Part shown: piece by piece, positions 59,279 through 64,000 of the stretch
Position numbering within the stretch: position 1 is the first letter of the stretch
Layout: every line of letters begins with the position of its first letter
Assembly: GCF_009914755.1 (NCBI RefSeq)
Contig: NC_060936.1
DNA length: 64,000 nt
From: the human T2T-CHM13v2.0 reference genome, Homo sapiens
Reading direction: 5' to 3' (one strand)
Notes under the pieces: generated by a model
Told to the model about the DNA's origin: nothing
Database searches by the model: none
What the model saw: the letters and a program-made list of their open reading frames with translations, nothing else
Program-made: the position numbers and the translations under genes

Positions 59279-60805
59279 TAGGATTTGCCATTAAAGAAAT
59301 TAACACTTAAATGTTTACATCTCATGCATACTTCACTGAGTTCCTGAGGTATTATAGGTTTTTTTAAAACTATTGTGCTTTAGTTTTTGTTCTTAATATT
59401 GCCTTTATTATATTTGAATAGGAAATAAATTCCATTTTTTCTGAGTTATAGACAGTTACTAATTATTCAAGTGCAAAAAAGGATGAAAATTCAAGAGTTT
59501 CCAAAATTTTTACTGTATTAGAAAATAAATAACTAATTGAATCATTTGATGTCAAGTTGAGTAAAATATTTTAGATACTTTTAATTTTTTAAATCTATTT
59601 TAAGACTCAAATTATTTTAGATATTCATCTTGGAATTTATTGGACTTTTTGATGCACTTTTACTCCCATATTGCAAGACCTTTTTCTTTGGTTTTATGAG
59701 CTGTGAAAAACCCCCTTCTATAACTTGAAAAAAGAAGAATGAATAGTCTATCTTTATTGCTCCTGTCTTAACATCATTTGTGAGGCAATCTCAAAATGGT
59801 TACGGAAATACCTCTTACTTAAGAGTTTTCACTTGTTAAATGTCCTCAGGCAAGAACCATGCTTCAGCTAAGGCAAGAAGATAGGTTATGTAAAAAGGCT
59901 GGGGATGTGGGAGAGTTTGTTATCCAAATTGCATGGTGGAAAGGTTTGTGGGATAAAACGTTGGGAAAAGGAAGAAGCATTGAGCAGTTACAAAGATGAG
60001 AACACAGGAAAGGATAGACAGGTAAAGGAAAGGATATTACGGTTAGTGACCAAGGATGATAGGTTTTAGCAGCAATACTTGCTGTGAAAAATGTTTTAGC
60101 ATTTCTCTTGTGGATGGAGTTAGGGAATACTCAGTTAAGCCATGGTTTTAGAGTACTTCTAAGGTAGTTCTAGTCACTGGTGGATTAGGAAGTCTTTCTC
60201 GAGGAGGCAGGTTTCATCTAGATTGATGGGATGGACTCTTGGAATAGCGCCTAGGGTTGAGCCTTTAAGGGAGTGGATATAGGCTGCATGACAGAGTAAA
60301 AGATCCCATAGACTTGCTTCAACTAAAGGAAGCAACTGCATTTGTATCCTGAAACAGATAACTTTATAGGTACATGATTAATATCACATCACAGTTAATA
60401 TATTTTTAGTTTAGAATTTTTCAGGATGGTAAGGGTGAAAAAAATGGGTGTACTTACTCTACTTTAGGAGAGACTGTTACATATTGACCTTTAAAAATCT
60501 GTTTTGTGTATAATTGAGACATATAACGTGATGTTTTGACACACATGTAAATAGTGAAATGATCACTACAGTCAAGCAAATTAATGTAATCCATTATCTT
60601 GAATAGTTAACCTTTCTTGTGTGTATGGTTAAAATACCTAAAATCTATTCTTTTAGTAAATTTCCAGTATACCAATATATAACTAACTATAGTCCTCATG
60701 CTGTTTACAGTGACTATTTTATATAAAACATGAAACACTGAATATTGAGCCCTATGATATACTTTACCTTAGACATAGCAAAGTTGCTAGCATTCCTGTG
60801 ACTGA

Positions 60806-64000
<3,195 letters not shown>

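Overview
Human (primate) genomic DNA containing the whole MDM2 coding region on the + strand (12q15), its promoters, about 2.6 kb of 3'UTR and about 29.7 kb of Alu-rich upstream DNA. Eleven coding segments (classical exons 1 and 3-12; 14+85+75+134+50+68+97+161+156+78+576 = 1494 nt) join into an uninterrupted 497-aa ORF, or 491 aa from the exon-3 ATG. Also visible: the CpG-island P1 promoter with two 14-codon uORFs, the p53-inducible P2 promoter (two p53 REs, AP1-ETS, (nnGGGGC)5 G4, E-box, TATA) and an 87-nt poison exon alpha. The haplotype is 40-bp promoter insertion / SNP285G / SNP309G. A TSD-flanked SZRD1 processed pseudogene lies antisense about 2.7 kb upstream of P1. I found no new protein-coding gene and cannot establish a new biological system. 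The best leads are: (i) exon-exon junctions that rebuild 5' splice sites (possible recursive route to MDM2-A/B/C); (ii) stop-free, frame-preserving exon 4-9 and 5-9 circles flanked by opposed Alus; (iii) a tiny L1PA insertion carrying a 3' transduction; (iv) a pseudogene that preserves an alternative-acceptor SZRD1 isoform; (v) a PIG3-like (TGCCY)17 microsatellite; (vi) an antisense LTR9/MER61-type solo LTR in intron 9. Repeat subfamily names and SNP identities are from memory and were not run through any tool.
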